Source: Eledone cirrhosa (Eukaryota). Taken from it: DNA of 64,000 nucleotides. Position numbers and translations under genes: made by a program. The stretch lies in the NCBI GenBank assembly GCA_964016885.1, contig OZ024745.1, positions 115,072,001 to 115,136,000 on the forward strand, in the 5' to 3' direction. The notes under the pieces are model-generated. The model was given only the letters and a program-made list of their open reading frames with translations. It searched no databases and was not told the origin of the DNA. Numbering within the stretch: position 1 is the first letter of the stretch; the number at the start of each line of letters is the position of its first letter. Below, one piece after another: positions 49,441-63,853 of this stretch.

Positions 49441-52400
49441 TTTCTAATGAAAACGTTACCTATGATGTTCAAGTAATTTTGAAAATAAGCACAAATTTGG
49501 ATAGATTTTGTAATGTAATCTAACTTTCTCATTATTATGCTGGCACTTTTTCTTTTTGAGTTCAAATCCAAGGTCAGCTTTGTCTTTCATTCTTCCAATG
49601 TTGTTAAAATAAAGTACCAGTCAGTAAGTACTCCTTCTCCACAAATTGTTGGCCTTGTGTCAATGTTAGATATTAAAAGTAGAAACAATTAAGTTAGTGT
49701 TTGGATTATAACTTAACATGTATCTAAAAACATTTCATAATTTTATGTTAAGAACTTTTGTTAAAACAAACAGTTTTTTTTATTAAGAAGGTTAAGTAGA
49801 TTGAAAGGCAAATTTACTCATTAGAGAAGAAAGTGGACAAATACTGATAGAATTTGTATCAAATAGAAGATGACCAAACCTATTGAAGGGAATTAAAGGA
49901 ACACACATTTTATAGAATTAGCAATTCATCTCAGACTGGAGGCAGAAGATTTATGGCATATTTAGAATGTCTGAGCTTGTACATTCTTTACTGTGTGCTT
50001 CTTGTTTTTTTAGTTGAATGTGTTTCTTAGCAATAACAACTTTAATTATAAAATTTGATTGGTATCAATCTAATTTCCATGAGCTCAGCTGGTTTCATTT
50101 TGGGATCAATTGGCGAATCAATTGAGATCAATTGGAGACAGTTGTTTTTGATATGACTTAATTGGAAGGCATGCTTGACCCTCCCCTAAAAATAAGTGGG
50201 AAAAGAAGAAGGAGGAGGAGGAGGAGGAGGAGGATTTGAACTCCGAATGCAAAGGGTTATTTAGTTTAAGAAGCAAAGCATGTTGTCTGATGCTCTACTG
50301 ATTCTGTCAATCTAGATAATAATAATTTCTACTATAGGCACAAGGCCAGCAATTTTGGGGGAGGGGAAAGGCGATTAAATCGACACAACTGAATTACTAG
50401 TACTTTATTTTATCAACCCTGTAAAGATGAATGGCAAAGCTAACCTCGGTGGTACTTGAACTCAGAACGCAAAGGGCCGTAACTCTATACTGCGAAGCAT
50501 GTTGTCCAATGTTTTACTGATACTACCAATCCACCACCCTAGATAATAGCTTTAGATTATTACTGCACCTAATACCAAGAGATGACTTTCACAAAAAAAA
50601 AAAAAAAAAAATTAAATTTGAGAAATTTTATGAGTTAATCACGAATTCAATTTTATTTTATGAACTTTCTAAATTTAATTTATCAATTGTTCTTCAGTTT
50701 ATTTTATCAGGAATATATTTGTTGTTTCTCAAAATTTGATTTCATGAATCAAGTTGATAAAATAAATTTCAATAACAATTGGATTAATGAGGAGGCTGTG
50801 AAAATAATTTTTATTATCAAGTATATCTTTGAATTTCTCATATACTGTGTGTTATTAGCTAACCTCAAGGTATAATGTGTGCAAAGCTATTTTTTTAATG
50901 TTATTGTTATCATTTAAACAAGAGTGGTGGATTTGCAGTATTGGTAGATCGTCATACAACATGCTTTGTGGCATATAGTTAATGACCCTTTACGTTCTGA
51001 GTTCAAATCATGTCAAGGTTAGTTTTGTCTTTAAACATTATGGGGTCAATAAAATACTGTACCAGTAAGCACTAGGGTCAATTTAATTGACTTTCTCCTT
51101 CCCTTCAAATTGCTGGCCTTGTGTTTAAAGTAGAAACAATTATTATTATTTAAACAAGGGTGCTGAATTCGCATCGGACAACATGCTTTGTGGCATATAG
51201 TTATGGCCCTTTACATTCTGAGTTCAAATCATGTTGAGGTTAGCTTTGCCTTTCAACCTTACGAGATTGATAAAATAAAGTACCAGTAATGCACTGGTTT
51301 CTATTTAATTGACTTACCTCTTCCCTTGAAATAGCTAGCCTTGAGCTTAAATTAGAAATAATTCTTATTACATAAACAATTATTCAAATCCTGCTGAGGC
51401 CATCTTCACCTTTTATCTATCCTTTTGAAGAATAAAATACCAGTCAAGTACTGGGGTCAGTATAATTGGTTTTCTCTTCCTCCAAAATTTCTCTCCTTGT
51501 GCCTATGTTAGAAATGATTATTTAAACAATAATGGGTTTGAAAAGAATATTTTAGGCTTATAATTATAGGAAATCTAGACAATACAAATTGTGTAATTAT
51601 TTCTTCTGATCCTCTTTCACAATTATGTTGTTTTTCTCTAAAGAAAATTCTATATCCTTTTGTAATCCAAAATACTGACCAATTAGAAACTGCAGAATCA
51701 GACAAACATACAATACTATTTGTAATATATATTAGTCTTCTTCAGTTTTGATATATTGATTTTTAACGAAAGACTACAATTTCAGAATAATTCTTGTGAC
51801 CAATCTTGAATTACATTTTATTGCATTCAGTCCAGACATCAACTGAAACCTCAGAACCATCATAAACATCTCTGCAGTTGAATGTTCTAAACTCCACTGA
51901 TTGTTATTGGTGTCGTCGTCTTCCTCTTCTCCTCCTTCTCCTCCTCCTCACGTGCCTCCCCATCCTCCTCCTTCCTCTTCTTCTTGGGATGGTTGTTGGG
52001 GGCCGAGTCCTCCCAAATACTTTCCAGCAGCTCCTGTCAGAAGCAACCATCCCCAATTGATCTGGCTCGATCGCCAAGTGAGACCAGGCAAGCTCATAGA
52101 TGTAAAGGATTCTTGTCTAGTGATTCTTTGCTGAGACATTCTAGCCAACTGTCTGTAGTATTGGAGCCAATACGGAGAAGTAATGGCTGTACCTAGAGCA
52201 ACTAACTGGTTGACTTACGCACACGATTTAATTTTGTAAATTCTATTCATATTGTTAGGTGTAGTATGGCTGTGTGGATAAGGTGTTTGCTGTAAAACTA
52301 TGTATATCATCATCATCATTTATATATACGTATTCATGGAAGAGAGACTGGGAAGACCTCAGATCAGAGTAATACTCAATGTATGTTTAAGTACAGAGTT

Positions 52401-52572
52401 GGTATAGTATAAGTAAAATCCCAACAGAAGGTCCACTCCCTTTTGGCTAGCCTGCAAGCTAACTAGCTTTGAAACAATTCAAATCCAGTTAGATTGAAAA
52501 CCATCTGAAACAGAGGTTACTAATGACTATACACACACACACAGACACACAGAGACACACACACATATATGT

Positions 52573-52778
52573 GAATCCCAGGTTCAATTGGGAGTAACCA
52601 AAGTTAGTAAGTTATTCAATACATTTGTAGAATGTAAACATCATGTTTAATATAGAAATGACTTCTACAGGACTAGATCTGTTTCATTCAAAAGAAATCA
52701 CCAGGAATGTTTTCCGGATGATTTTTTTTGAATGAAACACTTCTAGTCCTATAGATGCCATTTCTATATTAAACATTA
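52573..52778 (-). mobile_element. Family D fold-back element
   Basis: Arms 52645-52708 and 52713-52775; tail homologous to 8245-8316. Confidence 0.7.
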
Positions 52779-52793
52779 TATATATATATATAT

Positions 52794-52922
52794 ATAAAGA
52801 ATTCAAAGTTTTAAAGCCACGACAATGCAGATTGGACGGATAAATTATCTGCATTGTCGTGGCTTTCAAACTTCGAATTCTTTATGCCATATACAATGCT
52901 TCAAGTAAACTACAAATTCCTC
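52794..52922 (+). mobile_element. Short fold-back element, family F
   Basis: Arms 52794-52832 and 52847-52885 plus 37-nt tail, between (TA)n runs; no ribozyme core visible. Confidence 0.55.
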
Positions 52923-52943
52923 ATATATATATATATATATATA

Positions 52944-54470
52944 TCATCATCATCATCATCAACGTTTAACGTCCGTGTTCCACGCTTGCATGGGTTTGGA
53001 CGGGGGTAGTCCCACTTGAGGCAAGAGTGATTGTCTTGCTCGCATAGGACTGTCTGGCAGGTTTTCTACAGTTGGATGCCCTTCCTAACACCAACCACAT
53101 TTACAGTGTGGGTCTGGGAGGTTTTTACCGTGTTGCCTACACGGCCACATTACAGCGTGGACTGTGTGTTTTTTTGTCGTGACACCTACACGATCTCATT
53201 TGTTTCGGCCTCGATGGCGCGGCACCAACATAACTTTACATAGAACGGGGTGGTGTGGATGGGGTGGGGGTGGTGGTGGTGGTGGGACGGGGTGTATTTT
53301 GTTAGAGATGCCTACTGGCTGGAGTAGGTTTTACTATATATTTAGGTAAGGCGGGTCTTCTCTGTTACTGAGTACCGCCAAAGGTCTCGGTCCAGTGACA
53401 TTGTCTTGGAGAGGTGTAAGTGTGTGATGTCGGAGTTTATCAGCTCGTCCCAGGTTTTTCTAGGTCTGCCTATTCCGTGACTACCGTCTATCTTTATTGC
53501 CCTGCACTTTGTTATACAGCTATCGACTTTCATGCGCATCACGTGTCCATACCAACGTAGCCTTCTCTCGAGTAAACAACATCTGATCCCTCTTATCTCT
53601 AATTTTTTCCTTAGTTCGTTTATGCTTTGCCGTTCACGTATATTACTGTTACACATCCAGCGGAGCATGCAAGCTTCGTTCCTCTCTAGTCTGCGTATAT
53701 CCTCTGCACACAATGCCCAGGTCTCACTGCCATGCAGCATTGCTGTTCGTATGCAGGCATCGTACAACCTGCCTTTCATTTTTAGGGAGAACCCTTTAGC
53801 AGCTAATAGTGGTATAAGCTCTCTGAACTTTTTCCAACCCGTTCTGACTCTAGCTACAGTACTTTCAGAGCACCCTCCCCCACTGCTGATTTTATCGCCC
53901 AGGTAACGGAAGCTGTCCACTATTTCTATAGAACCCTCTGTGCAATTGAAAGAGCTAGTATTTTGTGGGCACTTGCTGCTACTTATTGCACCAGAACACC
54001 GGCCACATGTAAAATCTATGTTCTTAGTTAGCTTACCTGTGATCCCACTACATCTTTTATGCACCCATACTTTGCATTTAGGACATAAAATGGAGTTTCT
54101 ACCTACGCCTTTCCTACACACCGAGCACGACCATTTCCCAGAAGGGACCGCCGCCTTGTTTTCTTTCCTACAAACTAGTACTTTGGTCTTAGCCAGGTTA
54201 ATTTTAAGTCCTTTTGACTCTAGGCCGTGCTTCCATGTTTGGAATTTCTTCTCTAGCTCGGCCATTGATTCCGCTATGAGTGTCAGGTCGTCTGCGTATA
54301 GGAGTTCCCATGGGCAGCCTGTCTTGAACTCCTCTGTTATAGCCTGAAGGGCAATAATAAATAGTAGGGGGCTGAGAACAGAGCCCTGATGGACGCCAAC
54401 TTTTACGCTAAACTCTTCACTATATTCGTTGTTAATTCTAACCTTGCTGACTGTTTCTTTATACATGGCT

Positions 54471-54474
<4 letters not shown>
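52944..54474 (-). mobile_element. Young 5'-truncated RTE-clade LINE (family A)
   Basis: Open ORF, 3' UTR and (CAT)n tail; both ends abut (TA)n. Confidence 0.95.
53342..54466 (-). CDS. RTE reverse transcriptase C-terminal part (374 aa, uninterrupted) with PHD-type Zn finger insert
   Basis: GVHQGSVLSPLLF, YADDL, FRYLG, MLHGSETW, RLRWYGHVMR, GRPRKTW motifs. Confidence 0.92.
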   Translation of the reverse strand: MYKETVSKVRINNEYSEEFSVKVGVHQGSVLSPLLFIIALQAITEEFKTGCPWELLYADDLTLIAESMAELEKKFQTWKHGLESKGLKINLAKTKVLVCRKENKAAVPSGKWSCSVCRKGVGRNSILCPKCKVWVHKRCSGITGKLTKNIDFTCGRCSGAISSSKCPQNTSSFNCTEGSIEIVDSFRYLGDKISSGGGCSESTVARVRTGWKKFRELIPLLAAKGFSLKMKGRLYDACIRTAMLHGSETWALCAEDIRRLERNEACMLRWMCNSNIRERQSINELRKKLEIRGIRCCLLERRLRWYGHVMRMKVDSCITKCRAIKIDGSHGIGRPRKTWDELINSDITHLHLSKTMSLDRDLWRYSVTEKTRLT

Positions 54475-54511
<37 letters not shown>

Positions 54512-54616
54512 TTAATATATATATATATATCTATATATATATATATATATCTGTATGTAGTTATTAGCTGAGAGAAAGGAGTACTTAATACCGAAGTAGA
54601 GTTTTAATATTCACAC

Positions 54617-54881
54617 ATCATCATCATCATTTTACATCCCTTTTCCCTGCTTGCAAGGGTGGGATGGGAACTGATTCTGGCTTGATTTCTACAGCTGGAT
54701 GCCCTTCCTAACACCAACCACATTTACAGTGAGTGCTGGGTGCTTTTTTCCGTGGCACCTACACGTCCACTTTACAGTGGAATGATAGGGATCCCAGTCC
54801 CTATCATCTCATTTCTACAGCTGAGTAAACTGGAGCAATGTGAAATAAAGTGTCTTGCTCAAGGAAACAACACATCACCCG
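54617..54881 (-). mobile_element. SINE family 1, 5'-truncated
   Basis: Reverse complement of the SINE body and tail. Confidence 0.85.
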
Positions 54882-54894
54882 TGTATATATATAT

Positions 54895-55730
54895 ACGAGG
54901 TGTGCAGGTATGTGAATGGCAATCACTGCAAATATCAGATCAATATCATTTTTAATAGAAAGTGAATCATCTGCCATAAACAATACAACTTGCATCAGAG
55001 CAGTTTCACAAATATTTGGCTCTTTACACTATACTTAAAGAAAATATGATGGTGATGGTTGGCATCAGGATTGGCCTCCAGTTATAGAAAACCTGTTACA
55101 AATATCTAACCCAATATTATGCAAGCATGGAAAAAGCAAATTATATTTAATGTTCCATATATATTCTTAACAATATCGAGAATGAGAAATGTGGTTTAGT
55201 TTGAAGCATGTATGTTTTTCAAGATGGAATTCTAATACATAATCAGTTGAAAATATATTTAGTCTTAGGTTGGGGAAAAAAATTCCATACTCGGTGGGAT
55301 TCAAATGTTAATCCCATTTGAAGTAGGCTTTTTGTGCCTCCACACACTTAGCCCAGGAATCCTTCCCTTATTTGAAGTGCATCTAGAATGTTCCTTCCTG
55401 AATGTCTCTCAGTTATGCTGTTATAATCCACATGCTGTCTTCTTGGCTCTCAAAGTGGGAGCATTTCAGAAGCATTTTCCTTTTTGGGAACAACCAGAAG
55501 TCAGAAGGAATCAGAAACCTAAGATCAGTTATGACTAATGAGTCAGGGTGTTGTCATGATGCAGTTGTCACTTTTGTGAGGCTCACAGATCAAGTCTCTT
55601 GTACTGAACTACATCATGAAGACCTTGAAAGACTTCCTCATAGCATACTTTGTAACTGTTTCTATTTCTGGTGTGATTCATGATCCACAACGACTTGGTA
55701 TTTAAAGAAAACAGTCAGTATTGATAACTG
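54895..55730 (-). mobile_element. Decayed mariner-like element
   Basis: TA-CGAGG terminus; 55310-55720 resembles a decayed mariner transposase C-terminus on the minus strand. Confidence 0.45.
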
Positions 55731-57092
55731 AGTTTAGGGAAGGGGAATTGCAGTATCGGTAGAGTGTCAGACAACATGCTTTGTGGCATATAGTTACATC
55801 TCTTTACATTCTGAGTTCAAATCCCACTGAGGTTAACTTTGCTTTTCATCCTTGCGAGGTTGATAAAATAAAGCACCAGTAATGCACTGGGATCGATTTA
55901 ATCAACTTTTCCCTCTCCTAAAATTGTTGGCCTTGTCCTAAATCAGAAACCATTGACAACTGAGCTTTGGTTTCCATATCATATCCACTCACCACAGATC
56001 ATCTCCAGTAATCACAATATTCAGGAACCCAGGATTTTCATTGGCAGTATTGGATAAAATGAAAATGCAATGAGTAAGTAGTACATCATCTCACATAAGG
56101 GTTGTCTGTCTGGGACTAATGCATCCAGAAATCTCCTCAAAAACTACACACACACATAAATGTATGTAGTTCCACTCTGCACACCTTCATTTCCCTAATG
56201 CCATTACTTCCCACAGGGAAAAATATAAAGTCAGATACATTTTTGATAGACTGCATATTTCCTAAAACTCCTTTTAAATGATCTTCAGTTTCATTTGAAT
56301 GTGTTATTATCCCCAGAATATATTGATTTTACTTTAAGGAATGTATAAATACATTTGTGCTAATCCAGTCATAACAAAGAATGATAATTTAATTGTCACA
56401 TTTTCTGCCATTACAAAGAATATCTAAGCATCTTGATATCCTCCATAATCTGGCTTCAGATAATGTATCAAAATCTGATATATTTGACAACATTACCGCC
56501 AAGATATGGTTGATCATCATCATCATCATCACCACTGTTGTCATTGTTCATGGTAAAGGTGTTGGACTTATGATCATAACGTTCTGGGTTTGATACTTAG
56601 ACTGGGTTGTATATTGTGTTCTTCAACAAGACACTTCATTTCACGTTGCTCCCAAATACTTACCTTAACATATCTACCAGCAGTACTTAGTGGTTTAACT
56701 CTATGATGGGTTTGTAACCTGTCCAGGAGGAGTCTTGAGAAACCTGTGATTCAATGGTAGCCAATGGTGTTTACCTGTTCTTTTTGTGTGCCTGTTACCA
56801 TTGTTCAGAGAATGGGATTTGTCTAGTGCAAGGCCTTTTTCATTTAAAAAAGGTTCCAGTACAGACATTTGATCTAAATGACTGTCACAACTGTTGTGTG
56901 AGCATGCCTTTTCTTTTTATGCAGCATATGCAGAAAGGAATCTAAATCCCTTGAAGGTCTAAGAAGTCATGTTCATGCCACCCATGTATGAGAAAATGGT
57001 TAAGGGATGGCAATTCTTGAAACCCAGATATTACTAGAAATACAACAATTTTAAATATCTATATATGCACACACACACATATATATCATATA

Positions 57093-57132
<40 letters not shown>

Positions 57133-57168
57133 ATGCTAGCGTGGAAGAACGGACGTAAAACGGTGATG

Positions 57169-57633
<465 letters not shown>

Positions 57634-58527
57634 TATATATATAAGCTGCATCCACATGCTTCATGACTGCTACCATGACCGGTGCCTATTTTCCAACAGT
57701 CAGTTACCTCCCCTGATAAGTAGCATATAGCCAACACCCCTCCCATGTAGGCTGACAGAGAAAGCTTATGTACGGTCATATCAAGCACAGAGAAGTTGTC
57801 ATGTTTTTTTACACAAATTGACGGGTCCTCCTAAACCCTTTGTGTGGCAGGCCTTCTATGGCTGGATGCCCTTCCTATCACCAACCTCTTTACAGCATGT
57901 ACTGGGTGCATTTATCATGCAGATCACCAACATTAGAAAGATTGTGTCTTTGACACAACTAAAGGGTCCTCTCAACCCTTTTAGCCATGGTTTCTACAGC
58001 AGGCTGGCCTTCATGTTTCCAACCCCCCTTATGGAGTGTACCGGGTGCATTTTCATAGCACCATCACCCCACTGTAGTGCTCTGTCAGCTCTAGGGAGGG
58101 AAATAGGTATGAAGTTATAGGTGTTTGTGGGGATGTGGCAGGGCAATGAGTAGGAGTGGCTGATTAGTGTATGGAGAAGTAGTAGTATGAGGGATATGGT
58201 CAATATGAGGTGGGACGTGATGGAGAGATAGGTAAGGGTAGGGTTAGCTGGTTAGTGTATGGGGAGAGAGGATGTAGGGATGTAGTAGTATGGGGGATAT
58301 GCTTGATAGAGGAGGGGGGGGGCGTCATGGTAGAGAGATAATGAAGGGTGTAGTGAAGGGGTAAGGGGTATAGTGGTGGGTGAGCAGTGCAATGGTGAGG
58401 ATATCTAAGGTCTTTAGAGGGGGGCTAATAGTTAAGGTGTGTGTGGTTGTGTGTGTGTGTGTCTGTATAAGTATATGTAAATATATATATATATACACAT
58501 ACACATATATAAATATATACATACATA

Positions 58528-58587
<60 letters not shown>

Positions 58588-58589
<2 letters not shown>

Positions 58590-59176
58590 AGGTGGTATCA
58601 AAAAGTTCCTGGACTAGTGAGGAGAGCTCAGTGACAAGGTGCATTGTCATCATGAAGAATTCAATTCTTTGTGCTCCACAAATCTGGTCGTTTTCCCCGA
58701 ACGTTCTCCCCCAAACACCTCAAAATGCTGCAGTAGAACTCTCGATTGATGGCCTGGCCCTGGGGGATGAATTCTTGATGCACAATACTGCAAATGTCGA
58801 AAAGAATGCATGCGGCATGTCTTCCACATTGCTTGTCAGCTTCCAGGGATGTTCTTTCCCTTTTGAAGCACCTGTGCCACTCAAAGCATTGTGTACGACC
58901 CATTGCTGTAACATGCTCAATGTCTCTGTAACAAACTACACAAGTTGAATGCAAAATTTCATGTTGGCTCTTTGTTCCAACTTCCTGTTCATGACAAAAC
59001 CGCAGGCTACTGCTTACAAAAACACAAATTTCATAACTTGCAAAGTGAACATAGAGATGTCACTCAGTACACTGGCACATGAAGGTCACTGCTAGCTTTC
59101 ACTGAATGTGCAACCGTGTGTTGCCATCTGTTGGTACACTACAGAACTAGTCCAGAAACTTTTTGATACCACCTTG
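58588..59176 (-). mobile_element. Internally deleted mariner transposon with both TIRs
   Basis: TIRs CAAGGTGGTATCAAAAAGTTCCTGGACTAGT / ACTAGTCCAGAAACTTTTTGATACCACCTTG; IVHQEFIPQGQAINREFY...KRP and HDDNAPCH motifs. Confidence 0.9.
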
Positions 59177-59297
59177 CATATACGGCAAAAACTCCTGGTA
59201 TTTGACTCATAAGTGTAGCTACACCTGAATAATAAAATATGCATACATACACACATCACTATAGATCTATATCTATATCTCCCTCTAAATATATAAA

Positions 59298-59351
<54 letters not shown>

Positions 59352-59769
59352 CATCTCTGTGTGTATGTATGTATATTTTCTTATTAATGTGTAGCTGCCC
59401 CAATGACTTAAAGGCCTGGAGTTTGTGCCTAAAAGCCACTTATCAAACTGTAATCCTAGTTAAAGTGTATATTTATAAGAGCTATCAATCTCGATAGTAA
59501 AACAAAGCAGGAAAATCAAGAAATCAGAAGAAAATCACACACACTCTCTCTCACACACACACACACACACACTTACACACACACTCTTACACATACTCAC
59601 TCTCATATACAAATACTCTCACACACACATATACAAACACATACTCATACACACATAATGTGTGAGCGAGCGAATGAGTGTGTGTTTCACATACACACCA
59701 AAACTCACATATGCACACATATTCACACACTCACACACACATTCTCTCACACTCATACATACATAAACA

Positions 59770-59808
<39 letters not shown>

Positions 59809-59894
59809 AAACATACATAAACACACATATGAATATGAGTGTCTGTGTGAGTATGTGTTCCACTCACATACATACACAAATACCCATAAATATA

Positions 59895-60243
59895 TCATCA
59901 TCGTCATCATCGTCATTTATGTCCGCTTTTTCCCTGCTTGCAAGGGTGGGACGGGAACTGATTCTGGCTTGATTTCTACAGCTGGATGCCCTTCCTAACA
60001 CCAACCTCATTTACAGTGAGTGCTGGGTGCTTTGTTGCCGTGGCACCTCCATGACCACTTTGCAGTGGAATGATAGGGACCCCAGTCCCCTTTCATCTCA
60101 TTTCTACAGCTGAGTAAACTGGAGCAATGTGAAATAAAGTGTTTTGCTCAAGGAAACAACACATCACCCGGTCTGAGAATTGAACTCCCAACCTTTCGAT
60201 TGCAAGGCCAATGCTCTAACCACTAACTAAGCCATGTGCCTCC
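59895..60243 (-). mobile_element. SINE family 1, full length
   Basis: Reverse complement including tRNA-like head. Confidence 0.88.
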
Positions 60244-60480
60244 AGAGAATATACTCAAAATACACACGTGCACGTCCATACACACATAAGCTGGTGTGGT
60301 TCACTCACACACACATATAACACTCAAAGATACACAAACATACATGAGTGAGAGTGTGAGCTCCACTCTCTCACACACACACATATGAGCATAACTGTAT
60401 GTGTAAGTATGTGCTCCACACACACTCACACACATACATAAGCACTCATAAGTGAGTGTGAGTATATATATATATATATA

Positions 60481-61330
60481 CTAGCTGAGGTACCCGGTAA
60501 TACCTGGGAGCGGGGTTATTCCCAGTTCCCATTAAAATGCCCAATGCCTCTCAGACCAAAAATGAAATCGAAATATGGATAATCAAAGTGAAGACAAATT
60601 CATTTATGAAACTAATACAAACAAATATTGTTGATTGCATTGGTCAGGCGAAAAAATGTTTGTCAGAGAAGTTGAGTGTTGCTATAAGGAAAAAAATGGA
60701 ACCCCCATTAGGGTGTCTTAATATTATTGAAATATTATTGAATATTATTGAATATTATTGAAATTTTGTGAATAGCATCATATCTTGTCATTTACCTATG
60801 GTTTAAATTTCATATAAATCCAAAGGAAAAATTTTCAGCAGGGGTTTTGTGCCCCTGGGAACCCTTTGATTAAAATAAAATATACTTATCCGAGTACCCT
60901 GTGGTTTCAGAATAAATATGGTTATGGGGGTCTATCTCCAAAATCATAGGAGGAGTACGTGAAATCTTGTTCCATTTATTGGCCAAAGTTTTCACTATAG
61001 GGAGTTTAACCCCCATTAAGGTGTCTTAATATTATTGAAATATTATTGAATATTATTAAATACTATTGAAATTTTGTGAATAGGCATCATATCTTGTCAT
61101 TTACCTATGGTTTAATTTCATATAAATCGAAGGGGAAAAATTAAACGAGGTTTTTCAGCAGGGGTTTGAGCCCCCGCAGAACCCTTTGATTAAAATGAAA
61201 TATACGTAAGAAATCAAATGGGCATGAGCCCCACACATGTGTCAAGTTTCATCAAGATTGGTTGGGTAGTTTTTGAGTTTTAGGTTCATAAACAAACAAA
61301 CAGACAGAAATTGGCATTTATGTATATAGA
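60481..61330 (-). mobile_element. Non-autonomous Helitron with internal duplication of about 180 bp
   Basis: Minus strand A|TC...CTAG|T; subterminal GC hairpin 60493-60508; (CTGT/TTGT)n near the 5' end; 60702-60885 repeated at 61010-61205. Confidence 0.8.
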
Positions 61331-61714
61331 TATATGTGTGTGTGCTCTGCTCACACTCTCACACACATGAGTGTAATTATATATGTGTGTGTGTGTTCCT
61401 CACCCACACTCACACACACATATACATACACACATAAACACACATAAGTGAGTGTGTGACTATGCGTATATGTGTATATATTTATATATATATATATGTA
61501 TATGTATATGTGTATGAACTTTTTCTCACGAGTCAGTTATTTCGGAGTTACGGACCCCGGCTGAATTACCGGTCGCTGTCTTCATTTTGCAAAGCCCTTT
61601 AAACTGTATGTTATTACTCTGAGGCCCTATACCTTGTCGAGTGCTTGGCTGCACTGCTGAAAACATTTGTCGGCTTGGCTGAGGCTATGGCTTCGAATTT
61701 GCTGTACTTCCATT

Positions 61715-61782
<68 letters not shown>

Positions 61783-61785
61783 TAT

Positions 61786-62007
61786 ATAGGAACCAGTAAG
61801 ACCCCGACAGCTGAGCTCAAGCTGTTTCGACGGCTAATTCTGGACTAAAAAAAATTATTATTTTTTTTAGTCCAGAATTAGCCGTCGAAACGGCTTGAGC
61901 TCAGCTGTCGGGGTCTTACTGGTTCCTATTACCCACTCTACTACCTCAAGTATTGAGTACTTTGGTGCGTTATGGTCCACCTGGTTCCTTACCACATTTC
62001 CTTCGTT
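61786..62007 (+). mobile_element. Penelope-like fold-back element, family C
   Basis: Palindrome 61786-61929 plus 78-nt tail; GAAA-CGGCT tgagctc AGCTG-TC^GGGGTC; (TA)n on both sides. Confidence 0.8.
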
Positions 62008-62476
62008 ATATATATATATATATATATATATAGTCACATCATCAAATGTGGCCATGGCAACCTCGTCTAGCAGTTTAACATCACAACATAACTGCCGCAT
62101 ACAGCGATACAGCAACACAGGACTACCATTTCCTTAAACATAACAGACTTAACTATAGTTCTTAAATCACTACAAATGCTAGCCAGATGACATTAGCTCT
62201 GTTGCCATGCTTTGTTGCTGGGGTGGTGGCTCATGTTTGGTGGAGGGGGGCTTCAGATTATTCTGTGTGGCTAACCCCCTTTCTTCTTCTTCTTCTTTTG
62301 TTCCTCCCCTCCTCCTCCTCTTTCTTCTTCTTTGTTCACTTATTCCTGGATGGGTCATTGGCCAGAGTCCTCAAGCATGCCTTTCCAGCAGGTTCTATCA
62401 GATGTAAGTGAGAGATCAATGGAGTTCATAGTTACTCTAATTTGTAATAGTTCTAAGGCAGAGTTTCGGAACAAGC

Positions 62477-62873
62477 ATCATCATCATCATCATCATCATC
62501 ATTTTATGTCTGCTTTTTCCTGCTTGCAAGGGTGGGACGGGAACTGATTCTGGCTTGATTTCTACAGCTGGATGCCCTTCCTAACACCAACCTCATTTAC
62601 AGTGATTGCTGGGTGCTTTTTTTCCGTGGCGCCTACACGTCCACTTTACAGTGTGGGCTGGGTGCTTTTTTGCTGTGGCACCTCCACGACCACTTTGCAG
62701 TGGAATGATATGGACCCCAATCCCTATCATCTCATTTCTACAGCTGAGTAAACTGGAGCAATGTGAAATTAAGTGTCTTGCTCAAGGAAACAACACATCA
62801 CCCGGTCTGAGAATTGAACTCACAACCTTTCGATTGTAAGCCCAATGCTCTAACCACTAAGCCTTGTGCCTCC
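62477..62873 (-). mobile_element. SINE family 1, full length (two-module form)
   Basis: Reverse complement including head and (CAT)n tail. Confidence 0.88.
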
Positions 62874-63591
62874 ATTGTGTATTTGATGGTTTACTATTGA
62901 AAAGTAGGGTGAGGGTGAGCGGGAGTGCCATCCAGTCACTTATGTGATGGTCATGAGCCTCCCATTCTTTGTTGATCCCACATTGCAACCTTATGTATAT
63001 ATAAGGTTACCCATAGAGAATGATTTGAAGTCCCTTCACCCAATGGATCGTAAATTTGAAAATATTTGAGTTCAATAAAATTGCTAAGGTAAAATTCTAC
63101 CATTCTCACTCTTTTCTCAGTTCTTTTATTTTCTATAACTCCTATTACCTTGGCACTTTTAATCTCACACACATTGTCGGGCTTCCAAATATTTGAATTT
63201 GTGTGTATACATATATATAAAATTTTGCACAGTCAAAAAGCTCCATGTTTTTTAAATTTAATTCCTTGCTTTACACCCAGTGTTTGATATGAAATATATT
63301 CTTGATACTATCCAAACTTGGTGAACTTTTGTCATATTGAATATTAATACTCTGCAATCTGAACTGTTCTCAGCAACAAGAACTTTAACTGTTGACTTAT
63401 TCAATCAGGTCCCACAAGAGAGTGTTGTTTTTATATATGTGCCAAATAAAGGGTCAGCTGTGTCAAAGACATTACAACATCCCTTTTGTTGGTGCTACAA
63501 TAAAATACACATAGTGCACTCTGTGCAATACAGGAATGTATGTAAGCGAGATGGGCACCTATGGCCCATCTAAGAGAGGTCAGTAGTTCCT

Positions 63592-63853
63592 GTTATGATG
63601 GCTATAGTGATTACGATGATGATGGTGATGATGAGGATGGTTATGATGGTGGTGATAATGGTGATAATGTTGATGATGATGCTGATGATGATAATGATGA
63701 AGGTGATGATGATGCTGGTGATGATGGCAATAGTGATTACAATGATGATGATGAGGATGGTTATGATGGTGATGATGGTGATGATGAAGATAATGGTGAT
63801 GATGATGATGCTGATGATTAAGATGCTGATTATGATGATGATGATGATGATGG
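63592..63853. repeat. Imperfect (GAT/GGT)n trinucleotide repeat with internal duplication
   Basis: Direct reading; explains the poly-D, poly-H and poly-M ORFs. Confidence 0.9.
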
